Virus record (IMG/VR): IMGVR_UViG_3300022891_000002
Location: 32,001 to 96,000 of that record
Length of the DNA: 64,000 bases
From: a virus
Strand: one strand, 5' to 3'
The notes beneath the pieces are model-generated. The model was not told the DNA's origin. It saw nothing but the letters and a program-made list of their open reading frames with translations, and searched no databases. The position numbers and the translations under genes are program-made. Positions 28,101-37,916 of this stretch are shown here, one piece after another (positions within the stretch are counted from its first letter, which is position 1; each line of letters begins with the position of its first letter).

Positions 28101-31100
28101 AATAATGCGTTTAATAGAGCTTTAATTGCTACTAATGAAGGTCTTACTAAATCTTTTAAAGCAATAGCTACTCCTGCTCAATCTTTTACCAGCATTCAAG
28201 ATACTCTTAGCAATAAGATGGCTGACTTGAGAAGTAATATTGGTCAAATAGGAACGGTAGCTAGTAGAAGTTTTACAGGAATGGCTGCTTCTGCTCAAAC
28301 TACTTTTGCTTCTATCGGAACCTCTGCTGCCTTAATGGGTGAAACTATCAAAGCTGCTTTTATTTCTACAGGTATAGGTCTATTAATTGGGGCCGTAATA
28401 GCATTAGGAGCTAAACTATTTCAAGTTGGTCAAGCTTCTGCAAAATTAGATAAAACTTATAAAGACTTTAATGTAACTCTTGAAGACTCTGCTACTAAAT
28501 TTGATAGAGCAAATATCTCTTTTGACAATAGCGTTCAAGGACTTAATAAGTTCAGTGACAGACTAGAAGCTTCTAAAAAGTTAATGGCAGATGTGGACAC
28601 TACTGTCTTTGATGACTTAGGTAATGGAATTAAAGGTGCTGTTGGAGGAATAGTAGATTTTGTAAAGACTGCTACTGGACTTAAACTGTTAGACCCTTTA
28701 TTTGCAAATATTGGTGAAAGAATCTCAGCCATTTGGACTAGCTTTTCAGACGCAGAATTCATTAAACGTTCTGCTAAAATGACTCAAATATCAGATTTTA
28801 TTCAAACTTATGAGTTAGCTCTTAGAGGACAAAATAAAGAATTAGCAAACGGAAACCTATTAACTGAAACTTCTAATCAAAAGATTAAAGCTCGGATGAT
28901 TTTGACTGGCGAGGATTTAGAGCGAGAAAAAGCTGCTAATACCGCTAGAATTGATTCGTTCCAGTCTATGACAGATATTCAAAAGAAAGAGTTAGAAGAG
29001 TTAAAAGGTAAAGGGGACAAGCTAAACGAAAGAGATAAACAACAAATTGCTTTATTAGAATCAGAAATTTCTAGACGTGAAAAAGTAATAGAAGTAAGTA
29101 AAAAACAATTTGAAGACCAACTCAAGTATTATGAAGCTCGTAACCTTTTATTAGATAGAGAGAACAAGTTTAGTAATACTCAAGTATCTTTAGAAGAAAT
29201 TAAGAGTTTACAAGGACAAGTTAATTCTTCTCAAACTGCTCTTAACACTAATATTTCAGAAGGTTTAGACATTTATTCTGCGTCTATTAAAGATTCTTCT
29301 GTTAAATCTAAGCAATTCTTATCTGACCTTAAAGATGGGAGTTTAAGCGTAAAAGCCACTCTTAAAGGTCTGGGTGGAGAAATCTATAAAGTTGGAGAAG
29401 ATGGTAAAGTTCTATCTAAATTGCCAGATACAGTTCTTAAATCTATTGAAACAGTTCTTAAAGGTAAAGAGATAGATGGTAAGAAATATACGTTAGAGCA
29501 AGTTCTAGGTCTTAAAGAAACTAGAGATGCGTTAACTGAGGCAGGAGTAGAAATACCTAAAGACCTTTCTGTTCTTGCTGATAAAATGCGTAAGAGCTAT
29601 GAAGAATCTGAAGGTCAAATCAAACTTATCAATCTCAAAGACCTTGAAAAAGATTTAGCTGATTTTAGTGTTTTATCAGATAAGTATCAAGAGAAGAAAA
29701 GACAGTTTCTATCCACAACTAAAGATGATGTTGGTGCTACTGCATTTTCTACTTCTCTTAAGAAATCTCTGAGGTTAGCAGAAACAGATTTACAGTCTTT
29801 CCTAAACGCTCTAGATTCGTCTTCTAAGGGCTTGAATAAGTATGTGACTGCTTCTACTAATAAATTCACTAAAGAAGCCTTAGATGGAACATTAGACCTT
29901 ACTGAAGGCTTAAAGGAGCTAGGTCAGGTAGAAAGTGAAATTAAAACTGAGCAGTTAGATAAACTTAAAGCTGCTATTACCGGAAAGAACAAAGATGAGA
30001 TTTTAGTAGCTCTTAAAGAGATTGGAGTAGAAACTGAAAAAGCTCTTACAGCAGATTCAATTGATTTCAATAAGTTTGAAGAGAACTTGGGAATGTATGT
30101 TGAATCTTTAAATGCAGTTGCAGAAAGTGGAGAAGCTACAAGTGAAGAAATAGCTAAGAAGTTTGAGAATGTCTACAACCAAATGAAAGGTAGAGTTACT
30201 CCGGCTGCCTACAAAGATTTAACTGAGACTCTAATTGGTTATGAAAAAGCGGCTTCGGAACAACGAATCAGCTATATTGGAATGGAAACTTCTGCTCTTG
30301 AACAACAGAAGAAATATGGATTCTTACTAGAAACAGATTATATAGAGCAAATTAATAAACTCAATATTCAAACTTCTGAAGAAAATATTAAGAATAAGAA
30401 AATAGAACTAGCTAGGTTACTTACTTTATACAAAGAATCAGCTCCTCAAGTAGTTAAAGCTAAAGCAGAATTAGAAGCTCTCGAACTGAATCTTTCAAGT
30501 CAAAAGTCCAATAATCCCGTAGAAATTGCTAAAGCTCAAAGCAAAGAAAGATTTGATACTTTAAAGAAAGAACTTGAACTAGGAACTATAACTAGGAGAC
30601 AGTTTATTGAAGAAGAACTCAAAGATTCTAGAACTCTTTATGAAACTCAGCTAGTAGAAAAACAAAAAACTCTTACGGAATTACTAAAAGATGAAGTTAA
30701 AAATGCTAAAGCTATCAAAGCTCTTCGTAAATCTATGGAGTCAGATGAGCAAGACTTTAACTTAAATCTATTAGAAATTAACAGAAGGAGAATAGAAGAA
30801 CAATTTAAGCTACAAACTAATGCTTTAGGTAAGAGAGAGCTTGAAGCTAGAAAAGACGCTCTTAACGGAAATACTAAAGAGGAACTTGAATCTGTCCGTA
30901 AATTAGAAACAGATAAGATTGCTCTAAACATTCAGACTTTAGAAGCTAGGTTAGCAGTAGAAAAACAAGGAAGTGAGAAGTTCTTAGAAATAGAGAAACA
31001 GTTATCAGAAGCTCGACTATCTTTACAAGAAACTCAAGTTAAACAATCTAAAGATAGAACTAATGAAGAGATTGAGAGAAAGAAAAGTGAGTTAAACACT

Positions 31101-34100
31101 ATAGCTGCTCTTGAAGAACGCAACAATATTCGTGGTACTAGCAATAAAAGTCTTGAGAATACTCGTCAACTAAGAGAGAAAGAAGTTCAGTTATCTATTG
31201 ATTCTATTAACTCCCAAATTGCTCTGACTGAAAAAGGAAGTAAGGAAAGGTTAGCTCTTGAACAACAGTTAGTTCTCGAAGTTAATAAGTTACAGAAGAC
31301 TCAATTTGATAACCAGAAAGAAAGACTAGAACAATCCTTAGAAGATAGACGTAAAAAGTTAGAAGCTAAACAAATGGATTTAGAGAAGAATTCTATTAAA
31401 GGTACTACTGATGAAGATATTGAAGCTAGCAGAAAGTTAAAAGAAGAGGAAATCAATTCTACTATTGAAACTCTTAAGCAAAGGTCAGCTCTGTATCGTG
31501 AAGGTAGCAAAGAGAGAGTTGCTCTTGAACAAGAAATAGCTAAAGAAACTCTTAGGTTAGATAAGCAAGTCTATGAAAATCAAAAGTCTAGATTACAGAC
31601 TCAAATAGATAACAAGAAGAAAGCTTTTAAGGATAGTCAACTAGCTCTAGAAAAACTTTTGGTACTTGGAACCTCTACTGAAGATTCTAAGAAAGTTCGT
31701 GCATCTAAAGAGCAAGAAATTCAACTGACTATTGAAGGTATTAAACAAGAAATTAACTTAACTAAAGCGGGTTCTACTCAAAGAAAAGACTTAGAACGTA
31801 GCTTAAGAGAAGAGTTACTTAAGTTAGATAAACAAAGAATAGCAAATAAGAGAGATTTAATCGATGAAGAGATATCTTTAGAAAAAACTAAGATTACTAA
31901 AATCCAGTCTCTACTTGAACGTTCTACTATTGGCGGAACTTTTGAGAAAGATTTAGAAAAGATAAGAGAACTTAAAGTCAAGGAAACTCAAATTGTAATT
32001 CAATCTATTCAGAAGCAATTAGCAACTTACAAGTTAGGTAGCAAAGAGAGATTAAATTTAGAAGCAGCTTTAACTCAAGAGATTACTAAGTTACAAAAGA
32101 TTCAGTTTGGTAACAAGAAAGAGAAGCTAGAATCCCAACTTGAAGATGCAAAAAATAAATTAGATAAGCAGATTGCATTAAAAGAAGCTGCTCTAGTAGA
32201 TGGTGCAACTGAAAACGAACTTAAGATAGTAGAAGCTGCAAAAATAAAAGAGACACAGCTTACTATTGACTCTCTTAAAAAGCAGATAAATCTTTATAAA
32301 GTTGGTAGTAAAGAACGTCTTGCATTAGAAGTAAATCTACAAAAAGAAATCAACAATCTTAGGAAACAAACTTTAGATAAAGAAAAGAATTTAATTCAAA
32401 CTAATTTAGAGTTCAAGAAAACTCGAATTGATTTGGACAATATTGAGCAAGAGAAGAAACTTCTGAGAGGAGATACGGATAGAGAAAGTTTTGAAGATAA
32501 GTTAACTGCTTCATCTCAAAGAGTAAATCTATTACAACAAGATGCGTTTACCAAACAACTTAAACTCTATCAAAAAGGAAGTAGAGAATATTTAGATATT
32601 TTGAAAAATCTTTCCCAGCTTCAAGTAGATTACCAAAAGTCAGTAGTAGACAAAGCTATTCGTGATATTGACAGAATTACTAAAGCTCAGAACAACTCAA
32701 TAGAAGCTCAGAAAATATTTATTACTCGTCAACTTAGTTCTAGTGATAACTTAACTAAGGAACTTCAAGAGCAAATTAAACTTGAGGATTCTCGAAGTTC
32801 AGTAGTTAAAGCTACAGCGGACTATCAAGTTGGTTTATTAGAACTAGCTAAAAGGTCAACTGGAGATGTAGAGAAAAGAGCTAAAATTGATGTTCAAATA
32901 GCTGAATTAAAACAAAAGTCTCTATTAGAAGCTCAAGAGTTAGAAATTAATTCTATTAAGAACAACGCAATTATTAATGAAGCTGCCTTGGAAAGAGAAC
33001 GAATCCAAATCAGCCTTAATAGATTAGAGCTTGATAGAAGTAAGTTACAGACTGAAGCAGAACTAAGGAAAGCTAAGTTAAATAAGTTAGATTCAGCAGC
33101 AATAGAAGCTCTCCAGTTACAGCTAGACTCTATTAATGACCAATATGACGCTCTTGGTAGAAGTGAAAATCTTATTTCTACTCAAATTGCTAATCAAGCT
33201 GAAATTAGTCAAAATCAAATTAGAGTCATTAAGCAACAGCAAGATTTAGCTCAAAAGAATAGTGCGTTAGACGTTGAACAAGCTAAACAAGGTCTTATCA
33301 TTGCAGGTTACGAGAAACAGCTCTCACAACTTAAGATGAAAGGAACGTTAATAGAAGCCAATGCAAATAAAGAAAAAGTTATTGGTGACTTGCTAACTAA
33401 AGCTTACGACACTCAGATTGCTCTATTAAATAGTAGAAAGGAATTAATGGACTCTACTCTTGGCTCTATTGATACTTTGTACGGAATTGAGCAGTCAATG
33501 GCTAAATCTGACTTAACTAAAGACAAGTTAGCTAGAGAACAGGCTAAAGATAAACTGACTTTCCTAGAACTTCAACAAAGAATGGAGAATGAAAGTTTTA
33601 ATCTAGAAAAAGCTAAGAATAAGATTGTAAGAGAGAGACAAAAAGTAGAGCTAACTATTGCAGAAATTAATGCTAAACAAGCTCTTGCAATGTCCAAAGC
33701 AGAAGAAGCTAGAACTAACGCTAGAAAAGATGCTACTGATGAAGAGAAATTAGCATCTCGATTAGCCGTTGAATCTGCGGAACAAGGAATTTTAGCAGCT
33801 AAAGCAAATAAGGAACTAGCTATTGAAGTATCTAAAATAGAAGAACAATCCGAGAAGAATAAAGAACTAATTAATGCTCGGAACCAAAGAAATCAAAGAC
33901 TACAAGCAGAAATGGCAGTTGCACAAACTACTACTAATACCGCTGATGATAGTCAAGTAAGAGGCAAAGCTCAGAGATTCAGAGAGTTAGATGAAAGAAG
34001 TATAGGAGATAATAATTTAACTTCTAATACTCAATCACAAGTAGAGAAGATACTTAAAGAATTTAGTGAGTCTATGAGGTCACGTAAGCCGATTGAGGAA

Positions 34101-34823
34101 ATATCTACTACTAACCTTACTAACCCTCTAAGTACAGATACTCAGCCCAAGAATAATATCTCACCTACTAACATCCTAGGTATTGGTGGACTAGGTAGAG
34201 GTGTTACAACAAGTTCAGGTACTAATAGAGATAATGATAAGACTAAGAAAGATAGTAAGGACAGTACAGCTAGTTCTATATCTAATTTAAGTAAGTCTAT
34301 TGATAAAGCAGAGAAGTCTATTACTAAAAAATTAGGATTAGATACTCAATCACTTATAAAGACTTTCAACATTAATAGTAAGACACTTAATAAACTAATA
34401 GAGGTAAGTGTAAAGAACATAGGTAAGAATATTACTACTGCTACTAATACTATTACTGGCACAACCCTTAAAGGTAATAAAGTAATTAAACCACCTAAGC
34501 CAAAGAAAGGACAAATCGTACCTGACTCACTTAGAACTATTAGAGAAGCTATTACTAACTTTAAGTTGTCAGTAGACAAGTCTAATGTAGCTAAAAAGAA
34601 AGAAGCTGATATTAGATATAAAGAAGAACAGAAAGATAATGATAAGTTACAGAAGTCAATTGAACAACTAATAGATAAGATTGAGGAACATATTGAGAAA
34701 GGTGGTAACGTAAACATTACTTCTCCTATATCTGTCACTGGTGGAGGAGATAAGAACACAGGTATAGAGATTAACAAGCACTTATTTGGATTAGCTGAGA
34801 AGATTAGAAGGAGGCAAAACTAA
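25137..34823 (+). CDS. Tail tape measure protein (3228 aa)
   Basis: TP901-type core (AYQAASAGF, LGLTTVGDM, GKTPEAMKALEGL), TM segments and long coiled coils. Confidence 0.9.
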   Translation: MDTSSNIKFNVEGDDKLSQFLEKTQKSFKELNEKSLRLFNTGLGEGSKNLKDITKQFQNKKSIVDSLVKDYGKATAATNDWTASLGKLTKTTALLGRALNALNIASIGSGVVKTVSTGVAEILEAVTLTQTGLNTMAASGFDGTPLMNSLGEITAVLTGNSQAIESFSARSSAAFNAFEQKLNEVNIVFGLSQERLSEYGDSLQNGLEKNLKNSVGSLTALNAAYQAASAGFTEFQQNQDVVNLAIKANKAAPGSDLFQIGGAIGKGAGILETRDIAELEEVTAKWLATEQLGLTTVGDMTEYISDMYSSLKNAGIGTNDLVNETQGLVVAFTKLGGKVTDISTEMQAFARNTIGKTPEAMKALEGLVDAQGKAITLNQEYFGRKGVVQGIVDFAEAVGYNTEKIKEVYNETNAFNFAMKVLAQNGNLAKKSIEDISQVTSENLTEAFDSATSSSQAKMEQITNAYDEIMISFGKAFQKRTEEGVKSVEWYKEVLVKFKEPLVEIAERMVNFYDGLGKITGTLGALAKMLFGIAGTIISFRAWGLVLGGITNGFKDLRKEGSVIKELYQSNQGLLAIGKQVLGLDQQKLLSQNRINEAIKNSATLEKELSNSIGKSSADRLNNIGVIKEEIDSIVARDQSIIKGQQNVTKVEESLKSKTDKRDSQQSDVTNTQKSLANLKVLKQDIDNTFKDNVENTKRSVRLQEIATEQSAITQRKASKEDLKRYVELNTEKLRLQDTYNKTTLDQLSSLEKQKSILNNKSRKSERDYAALDKLNTRETQLLDRERTKDRTPLTQDKRNELNNTRKDVVTKIGQEELVLLTQRQKLQEANNIVDKETEKLNKAKTDQAEKLNRVTKTTTELAVLQQDLNTKKNTLDRVNIAFEGQQQKLYTIQNALRKEQTTLDKIRNKDSVEYLQQQKKVLTLQVEEAKQLSTVQSARTTQQAAQQTYNKAEFESKRKSIQLTREQGLAEGTLIEMRTRSGSVALKNNAFNRALIATNEGLTKSFKAIATPAQSFTSIQDTLSNKMADLRSNIGQIGTVASRSFTGMAASAQTTFASIGTSAALMGETIKAAFISTGIGLLIGAVIALGAKLFQVGQASAKLDKTYKDFNVTLEDSATKFDRANISFDNSVQGLNKFSDRLEASKKLMADVDTTVFDDLGNGIKGAVGGIVDFVKTATGLKLLDPLFANIGERISAIWTSFSDAEFIKRSAKMTQISDFIQTYELALRGQNKELANGNLLTETSNQKIKARMILTGEDLEREKAANTARIDSFQSMTDIQKKELEELKGKGDKLNERDKQQIALLESEISRREKVIEVSKKQFEDQLKYYEARNLLLDRENKFSNTQVSLEEIKSLQGQVNSSQTALNTNISEGLDIYSASIKDSSVKSKQFLSDLKDGSLSVKATLKGLGGEIYKVGEDGKVLSKLPDTVLKSIETVLKGKEIDGKKYTLEQVLGLKETRDALTEAGVEIPKDLSVLADKMRKSYEESEGQIKLINLKDLEKDLADFSVLSDKYQEKKRQFLSTTKDDVGATAFSTSLKKSLRLAETDLQSFLNALDSSSKGLNKYVTASTNKFTKEALDGTLDLTEGLKELGQVESEIKTEQLDKLKAAITGKNKDEILVALKEIGVETEKALTADSIDFNKFEENLGMYVESLNAVAESGEATSEEIAKKFENVYNQMKGRVTPAAYKDLTETLIGYEKAASEQRISYIGMETSALEQQKKYGFLLETDYIEQINKLNIQTSEENIKNKKIELARLLTLYKESAPQVVKAKAELEALELNLSSQKSNNPVEIAKAQSKERFDTLKKELELGTITRRQFIEEELKDSRTLYETQLVEKQKTLTELLKDEVKNAKAIKALRKSMESDEQDFNLNLLEINRRRIEEQFKLQTNALGKRELEARKDALNGNTKEELESVRKLETDKIALNIQTLEARLAVEKQGSEKFLEIEKQLSEARLSLQETQVKQSKDRTNEEIERKKSELNTIAALEERNNIRGTSNKSLENTRQLREKEVQLSIDSINSQIALTEKGSKERLALEQQLVLEVNKLQKTQFDNQKERLEQSLEDRRKKLEAKQMDLEKNSIKGTTDEDIEASRKLKEEEINSTIETLKQRSALYREGSKERVALEQEIAKETLRLDKQVYENQKSRLQTQIDNKKKAFKDSQLALEKLLVLGTSTEDSKKVRASKEQEIQLTIEGIKQEINLTKAGSTQRKDLERSLREELLKLDKQRIANKRDLIDEEISLEKTKITKIQSLLERSTIGGTFEKDLEKIRELKVKETQIVIQSIQKQLATYKLGSKERLNLEAALTQEITKLQKIQFGNKKEKLESQLEDAKNKLDKQIALKEAALVDGATENELKIVEAAKIKETQLTIDSLKKQINLYKVGSKERLALEVNLQKEINNLRKQTLDKEKNLIQTNLEFKKTRIDLDNIEQEKKLLRGDTDRESFEDKLTASSQRVNLLQQDAFTKQLKLYQKGSREYLDILKNLSQLQVDYQKSVVDKAIRDIDRITKAQNNSIEAQKIFITRQLSSSDNLTKELQEQIKLEDSRSSVVKATADYQVGLLELAKRSTGDVEKRAKIDVQIAELKQKSLLEAQELEINSIKNNAIINEAALERERIQISLNRLELDRSKLQTEAELRKAKLNKLDSAAIEALQLQLDSINDQYDALGRSENLISTQIANQAEISQNQIRVIKQQQDLAQKNSALDVEQAKQGLIIAGYEKQLSQLKMKGTLIEANANKEKVIGDLLTKAYDTQIALLNSRKELMDSTLGSIDTLYGIEQSMAKSDLTKDKLAREQAKDKLTFLELQQRMENESFNLEKAKNKIVRERQKVELTIAEINAKQALAMSKAEEARTNARKDATDEEKLASRLAVESAEQGILAAKANKELAIEVSKIEEQSEKNKELINARNQRNQRLQAEMAVAQTTTNTADDSQVRGKAQRFRELDERSIGDNNLTSNTQSQVEKILKEFSESMRSRKPIEEISTTNLTNPLSTDTQPKNNISPTNILGIGGLGRGVTTSSGTNRDNDKTKKDSKDSTASSISNLSKSIDKAEKSITKKLGLDTQSLIKTFNINSKTLNKLIEVSVKNIGKNITTATNTITGTTLKGNKVIKPPKPKKGQIVPDSLRTIREAITNFKLSVDKSNVAKKKEADIRYKEEQKDNDKLQKSIEQLIDKIEEHIEKGGNVNITSPISVTGGGDKNTGIEINKHLFGLAEKIRRRQN
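30900..32640 (+). repeat. Seven degenerate 89-aa (267-nt) repeats inside the TMP
   Basis: The Gly of the GS(K)ER.xLE motif starts at 30969, 31236, 31503, 31770, 32037 and 32304 (exact 267-nt period), and at 32577. Confidence 0.8.
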
Positions 34824-35413
34824 TGGCAACTTTTCAAGATATAGATGACCCAGTAATACTAGGACAACACGGTAGAGAAGATGATTTAACTAAGTGTTTT
34901 CCTTTTACTCGGAAGTTATGTTTCTTAAACGAGAAAAATTTATTAGAAGGTACCGAGATAGGTAAAGAAGTTCTATATACTATCAGAGGTAAATCTTATA
35001 TCTGTCTATTTCTTGAACCTAATGCGTATCAAGTAATTATTGAAGGGGAAGCTACTCGAATGGCACCTACTGGTTCAGGTTCTTATGTTAAATATTCCTT
35101 AATTAGGAAAGGATTTACTGCTCAATTTGATTATACACTTACTGACGTTATGGTTTCTATAGACAAAATAGCTAAAGATGCGATTAAAGAGAAGAAGTTT
35201 GTAGAAGTAATAGATTATGTAAGACCTGAAACCGAGAATTATGATATTGGCTACACAATCCGAAAAGGACTAATCTACTTACCTCTACAATATACTGGAC
35301 AAATGAGTGGGGAGAAAACAGTTGATAATATAACTAAACCTACTACTCGGCCTATTCTTACCCCTGAAGGATTTACTCTTACTTTTACTGAGAATTCTTA
35401 TCGGATGGGTTAG
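34823..35413 (+). CDS. Putative distal tail protein
   Basis: Coupled to the TMP stop (TAATG); assignment from position only. Confidence 0.4.
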   Translation: MATFQDIDDPVILGQHGREDDLTKCFPFTRKLCFLNEKNLLEGTEIGKEVLYTIRGKSYICLFLEPNAYQVIIEGEATRMAPTGSGSYVKYSLIRKGFTAQFDYTLTDVMVSIDKIAKDAIKEKKFVEVIDYVRPETENYDIGYTIRKGLIYLPLQYTGQMSGEKTVDNITKPTTRPILTPEGFTLTFTENSYRMG

Positions 35414-35708
35414 AAAACATTTCCATATCAAAAGGAGAAGGGCCAATACCGTTATAGTAATCTTGTAAAGCAAAAGAGTAATATATAGCTTTACCTATTT
35501 CTTCATCGGTTAGAGATTTATTTACCCACTCATTAAACTTCTCTTCTCCCCATTTAGCTTTTAACTTAGAATAGAGTCGGGTTTTTATTTCTTTACATTC
35601 CTTTTCATAATCGAAAGGTATCATAGGAGAGTTTTCTATCTCTTTTATATAGCTATGAAGATTTTCTAACGGGTTACTGTTATTAAAATCTTTCCATTTA
35701 TTAACCAT
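35385..35708 (-). CDS. Hypothetical protein
   Basis: 107-aa ORF in a minus-strand small-gene island. Confidence 0.6.
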   Translation of the reverse strand: MVNKWKDFNNSNPLENLHSYIKEIENSPMIPFDYEKECKEIKTRLYSKLKAKWGEEKFNEWVNKSLTDEEIGKAIYYSFALQDYYNGIGPSPFDMEMFSNPSDKNSQ

Positions 35709-35713
35709 ATTAC

Positions 35714-36016
35714 TTACTCTTCTCTAATTAAAATCACTTTAGTTTCATCTTCAATAGGTTCAGGAAAATTAGGATAGTACCACTCATCACTTACTAACTT
35801 AAACCTACTTTTACAGTTAGAACAAGTACAGAACTCTCTTTTTCCCGTAAAGTATGTCTGTAAACTACCATACTCTTCTAGCTCAATATACTTTCCCTTA
35901 CAAATAGGACATTCTTCTAAATAATTATCCGTTGTTTCATTACATAAATCACAACAATAGTCTGAGTCTATTACAACATCTAAAACTTTCTTGACTATTA
36001 ATCTATTACCTGTCAT
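35714..36016 (-). CDS. Cys-rich (Zn-binding) hypothetical protein
   Basis: CDLC, CPIC and CSNC. Confidence 0.6.
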   Translation of the reverse strand: MTGNRLIVKKVLDVVIDSDYCCDLCNETTDNYLEECPICKGKYIELEEYGSLQTYFTGKREFCTCSNCKSRFKLVSDEWYYPNFPEPIEDETKVILIREE

Positions 36017-36175
36017 CTACTTACCTTCCTTCAATCGTTTAGTTTCATAATGCCTTAAGAACTTAGTCAACATCTCTTTAAGTTTAGGTAAAGCTATATC
36101 GGAGTAATCAAACACAATTTCGTTAAATAACTCATCACACTCATTTCTTAATTCGTCTTTTTCTTGTTCAGTCAT
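36017..36175 (-). CDS. Small hypothetical protein (52 aa, not in track)
   Basis: MTEQEKDELRNECDELFNEIVFDYSDIALPKLKEMLTKFLRHYETKRLKEGK*; fills the gap between neighbours. Confidence 0.5.
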   Translation of the reverse strand: MTEQEKDELRNECDELFNEIVFDYSDIALPKLKEMLTKFLRHYETKRLKEGK

Positions 36176-36371
36176 ATCTCTTTAACTTGTTATACTTAGC
36201 TTTTACTGATATTAGATAAGATACTACTTCTTTCATTGACTCCGGATGAAAGTTTAGTAGCTCCCATAGTAAAGTATGTATGTTATCTATTTCTTCTGCT
36301 TCTTTACTTGTGACCTCCTTATATAGTCTTGAGTATAGGAAGTCATTAGTAGATGTTCCTTTCTTAGTCAT
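36168..36371 (-). CDS. Small hypothetical protein
   Basis: 67 aa, with GGAGG upstream. Confidence 0.6.
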   Translation of the reverse strand: MTKKGTSTNDFLYSRLYKEVTSKEAEEIDNIHTLLWELLNFHPESMKEVVSYLISVKAKYNKLKRYD

Positions 36372-36598
36372 AACCTCCTTGACTTAAGCTCTAAGGCTAT
36401 TCTTTCTTGTAGATATATAATATCACTAAGAATATTAGTAAGCTTATCTCTTATAGCAGGTAATCTCTCATCTACTATAATCTGCAATGTTCTATAGTCT
36501 TTCTCTTCTTCTACTGACTTCTCTAACTGTTCTAACTCATAGGTATATTGTTTATGCTCAGCTCTTAATATCTCTAGTTGTTGTTCATTAGTAGTCAT
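36368..36598 (-). CDS. Small coiled-coil hypothetical protein
   Basis: 76 aa with a coupled start/stop. Confidence 0.6.
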   Translation of the reverse strand: MTTNEQQLEILRAEHKQYTYELEQLEKSVEEEKDYRTLQIIVDERLPAIRDKLTNILSDIIYLQERIALELKSRRL

Positions 36599-36600
36599 AG

Positions 36601-36732
36601 TTAATTCCCTAAGTTTAGTGCTAAGCTAGATACTTCATCAATACTTCTAGGATACTTAGTTAGTAACTTACCTAATAACTCAAAACATTTAGTTACTCTA
36701 CTTGTATAACTATCTTCATTACTCAAGGTCAT
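36601..36732 (-). CDS. Small hypothetical protein (43 aa, not in track)
   Basis: MTLSNEDSYTSRVTKCFELLGKLLTKYPRSIDEVSSLALNLGN*. Confidence 0.4.
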   Translation of the reverse strand: MTLSNEDSYTSRVTKCFELLGKLLTKYPRSIDEVSSLALNLGN

Positions 36733-37000
36733 AATATTTATTTATATCCACTACATCTTTTGGATTCTGTAAACTATCTTGTAGTTTTATTACTTTAACT
36801 AAAGTTCTATCTACGTGTCTACTCATTAAAAGCTGCCAATTTCTAATCTTTACCAGTTCCATCTTTAACTCATATACATTACTAGGACTATCTACTATAT
36901 ACAAGTTATCTATATTCTCTATATTTTTCTTAAGTGAGTTAATATACTCCTCTAATTTAACTAAATACTCGTAAGCTATAGATTCAGATATACTACTCAT
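36719..37000 (-). CDS. Small hypothetical protein
   Basis: 93-aa helical ORF. Confidence 0.6.
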   Translation of the reverse strand: MSSISESIAYEYLVKLEEYINSLKKNIENIDNLYIVDSPSNVYELKMELVKIRNWQLLMSRHVDRTLVKVIKLQDSLQNPKDVVDINKYYDLE

Positions 37001-37256
37001 TCCCCTTCACCTTCCTTACTTGTTTCTTTTCTCTTGAGTATAATACCTTTAAATAGTTTATTACCTCATTTAATATATCTGAGTAGATGTCTCTCCCACC
37101 CAATAAGTCTACTAACTCATGAGCTACTTCTCTCTTCTCAATATTAGTTCTCATCCTTATAAATGCAAACCAATCAGTATAGTCATCTGCACAAGAGACT
37201 ACTAATCTTCCATCAGGTAACTTCTTATATCTAGGTTCCTGCTTCATCTTCTTCAT
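36993..37256 (-). CDS. Small hypothetical protein
   Basis: 87-aa ORF. Confidence 0.6.
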   Translation of the reverse strand: MKKMKQEPRYKKLPDGRLVVSCADDYTDWFAFIRMRTNIEKREVAHELVDLLGGRDIYSDILNEVINYLKVLYSREKKQVRKVKGNE

Positions 37257-37389
37257 CTAAATTATTCTCTAATTGGTAAATAAAGTCTAGTAATACTTCA
37301 TAAAGGTTCTTATAGAAGTAAGGTAGAGAATTACAGTAATCTTGCTCTATAGCTTCTATAAGTTCTAAACATTTAACTCTATTGCTCAT
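37231..37389 (-). CDS. Small hypothetical protein (52 aa, not in track)
   Basis: MSNRVKCLELIEAIEQDYCNSLPYFYKNLYEVLLDFIYQLENNLDEEDEAGT*. Confidence 0.4.
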   Translation of the reverse strand: MSNRVKCLELIEAIEQDYCNSLPYFYKNLYEVLLDFIYQLENNLDEEDEAGT

Positions 37390-37612
37390 TTTCTCTCTCC
37401 ATTACTTCCTGAATACTAAAGAAAACAGCGTTAGTCATTCCATATAAAGCAGCAGTGTATTTTTGCATTAACTTAATTCTTTCCATTAGCTCTTTTGGGT
37501 TACTACTTCCGTTACTCATATTACTAGCTATTAGTTGTATATAAGTAGCAGTTTTGTAGAAGTCAGTAAGATAATGCTGGATTAATAACTCTACGTGACT
37601 CTCGTTAGTCAT
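37379..37612 (-). CDS. Small hypothetical protein
   Basis: Start probably at MTNESH (37612). Confidence 0.55.
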   Translation of the reverse strand: MTNESHVELLIQHYLTDFYKTATYIQLIASNMSNGSSNPKELMERIKLMQKYTAALYGMTNAVFFSIQEVMERENEQ

Positions 37613-37892
37613 CTTCTTTCTCCTCATCTAGTACATAAGATAAAGGTTTCTTACGTCCTTTATACTGAGCTTTCACAGTAAATGTTCGTTTCTTTTTAGG
37701 AAACATAAATGTCCAGATATCTAACACATTTACTTCCGAGGACTCATCTTCACAATTCCATAACCTAAGTTCCTCATTAGATAGAGGTTCAAAGAAAGCA
37801 TCTGCTAACTTACTTTGTAATAGACCTAGAGTACCTGGTCTATTACTAATAAACTTATCTATTAAGTCCAATTCTTTTTGTGTTAGTCTCAT
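37605..37892 (-). CDS. Small hypothetical protein
   Basis: 95-aa ORF. Confidence 0.55.
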   Translation of the reverse strand: MRLTQKELDLIDKFISNRPGTLGLLQSKLADAFFEPLSNEELRLWNCEDESSEVNVLDIWTFMFPKKKRTFTVKAQYKGRKKPLSYVLDEEKEDD

Positions 37893-37916
37893 AGAAGGTC
37901 TTTTCCTTATTTACTT

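Noticed and set aside
25811-34777. Several minus-strand ORFs inside the tape measure gene
   Set aside because: Antisense shadows caused by codon bias of the long + strand gene.
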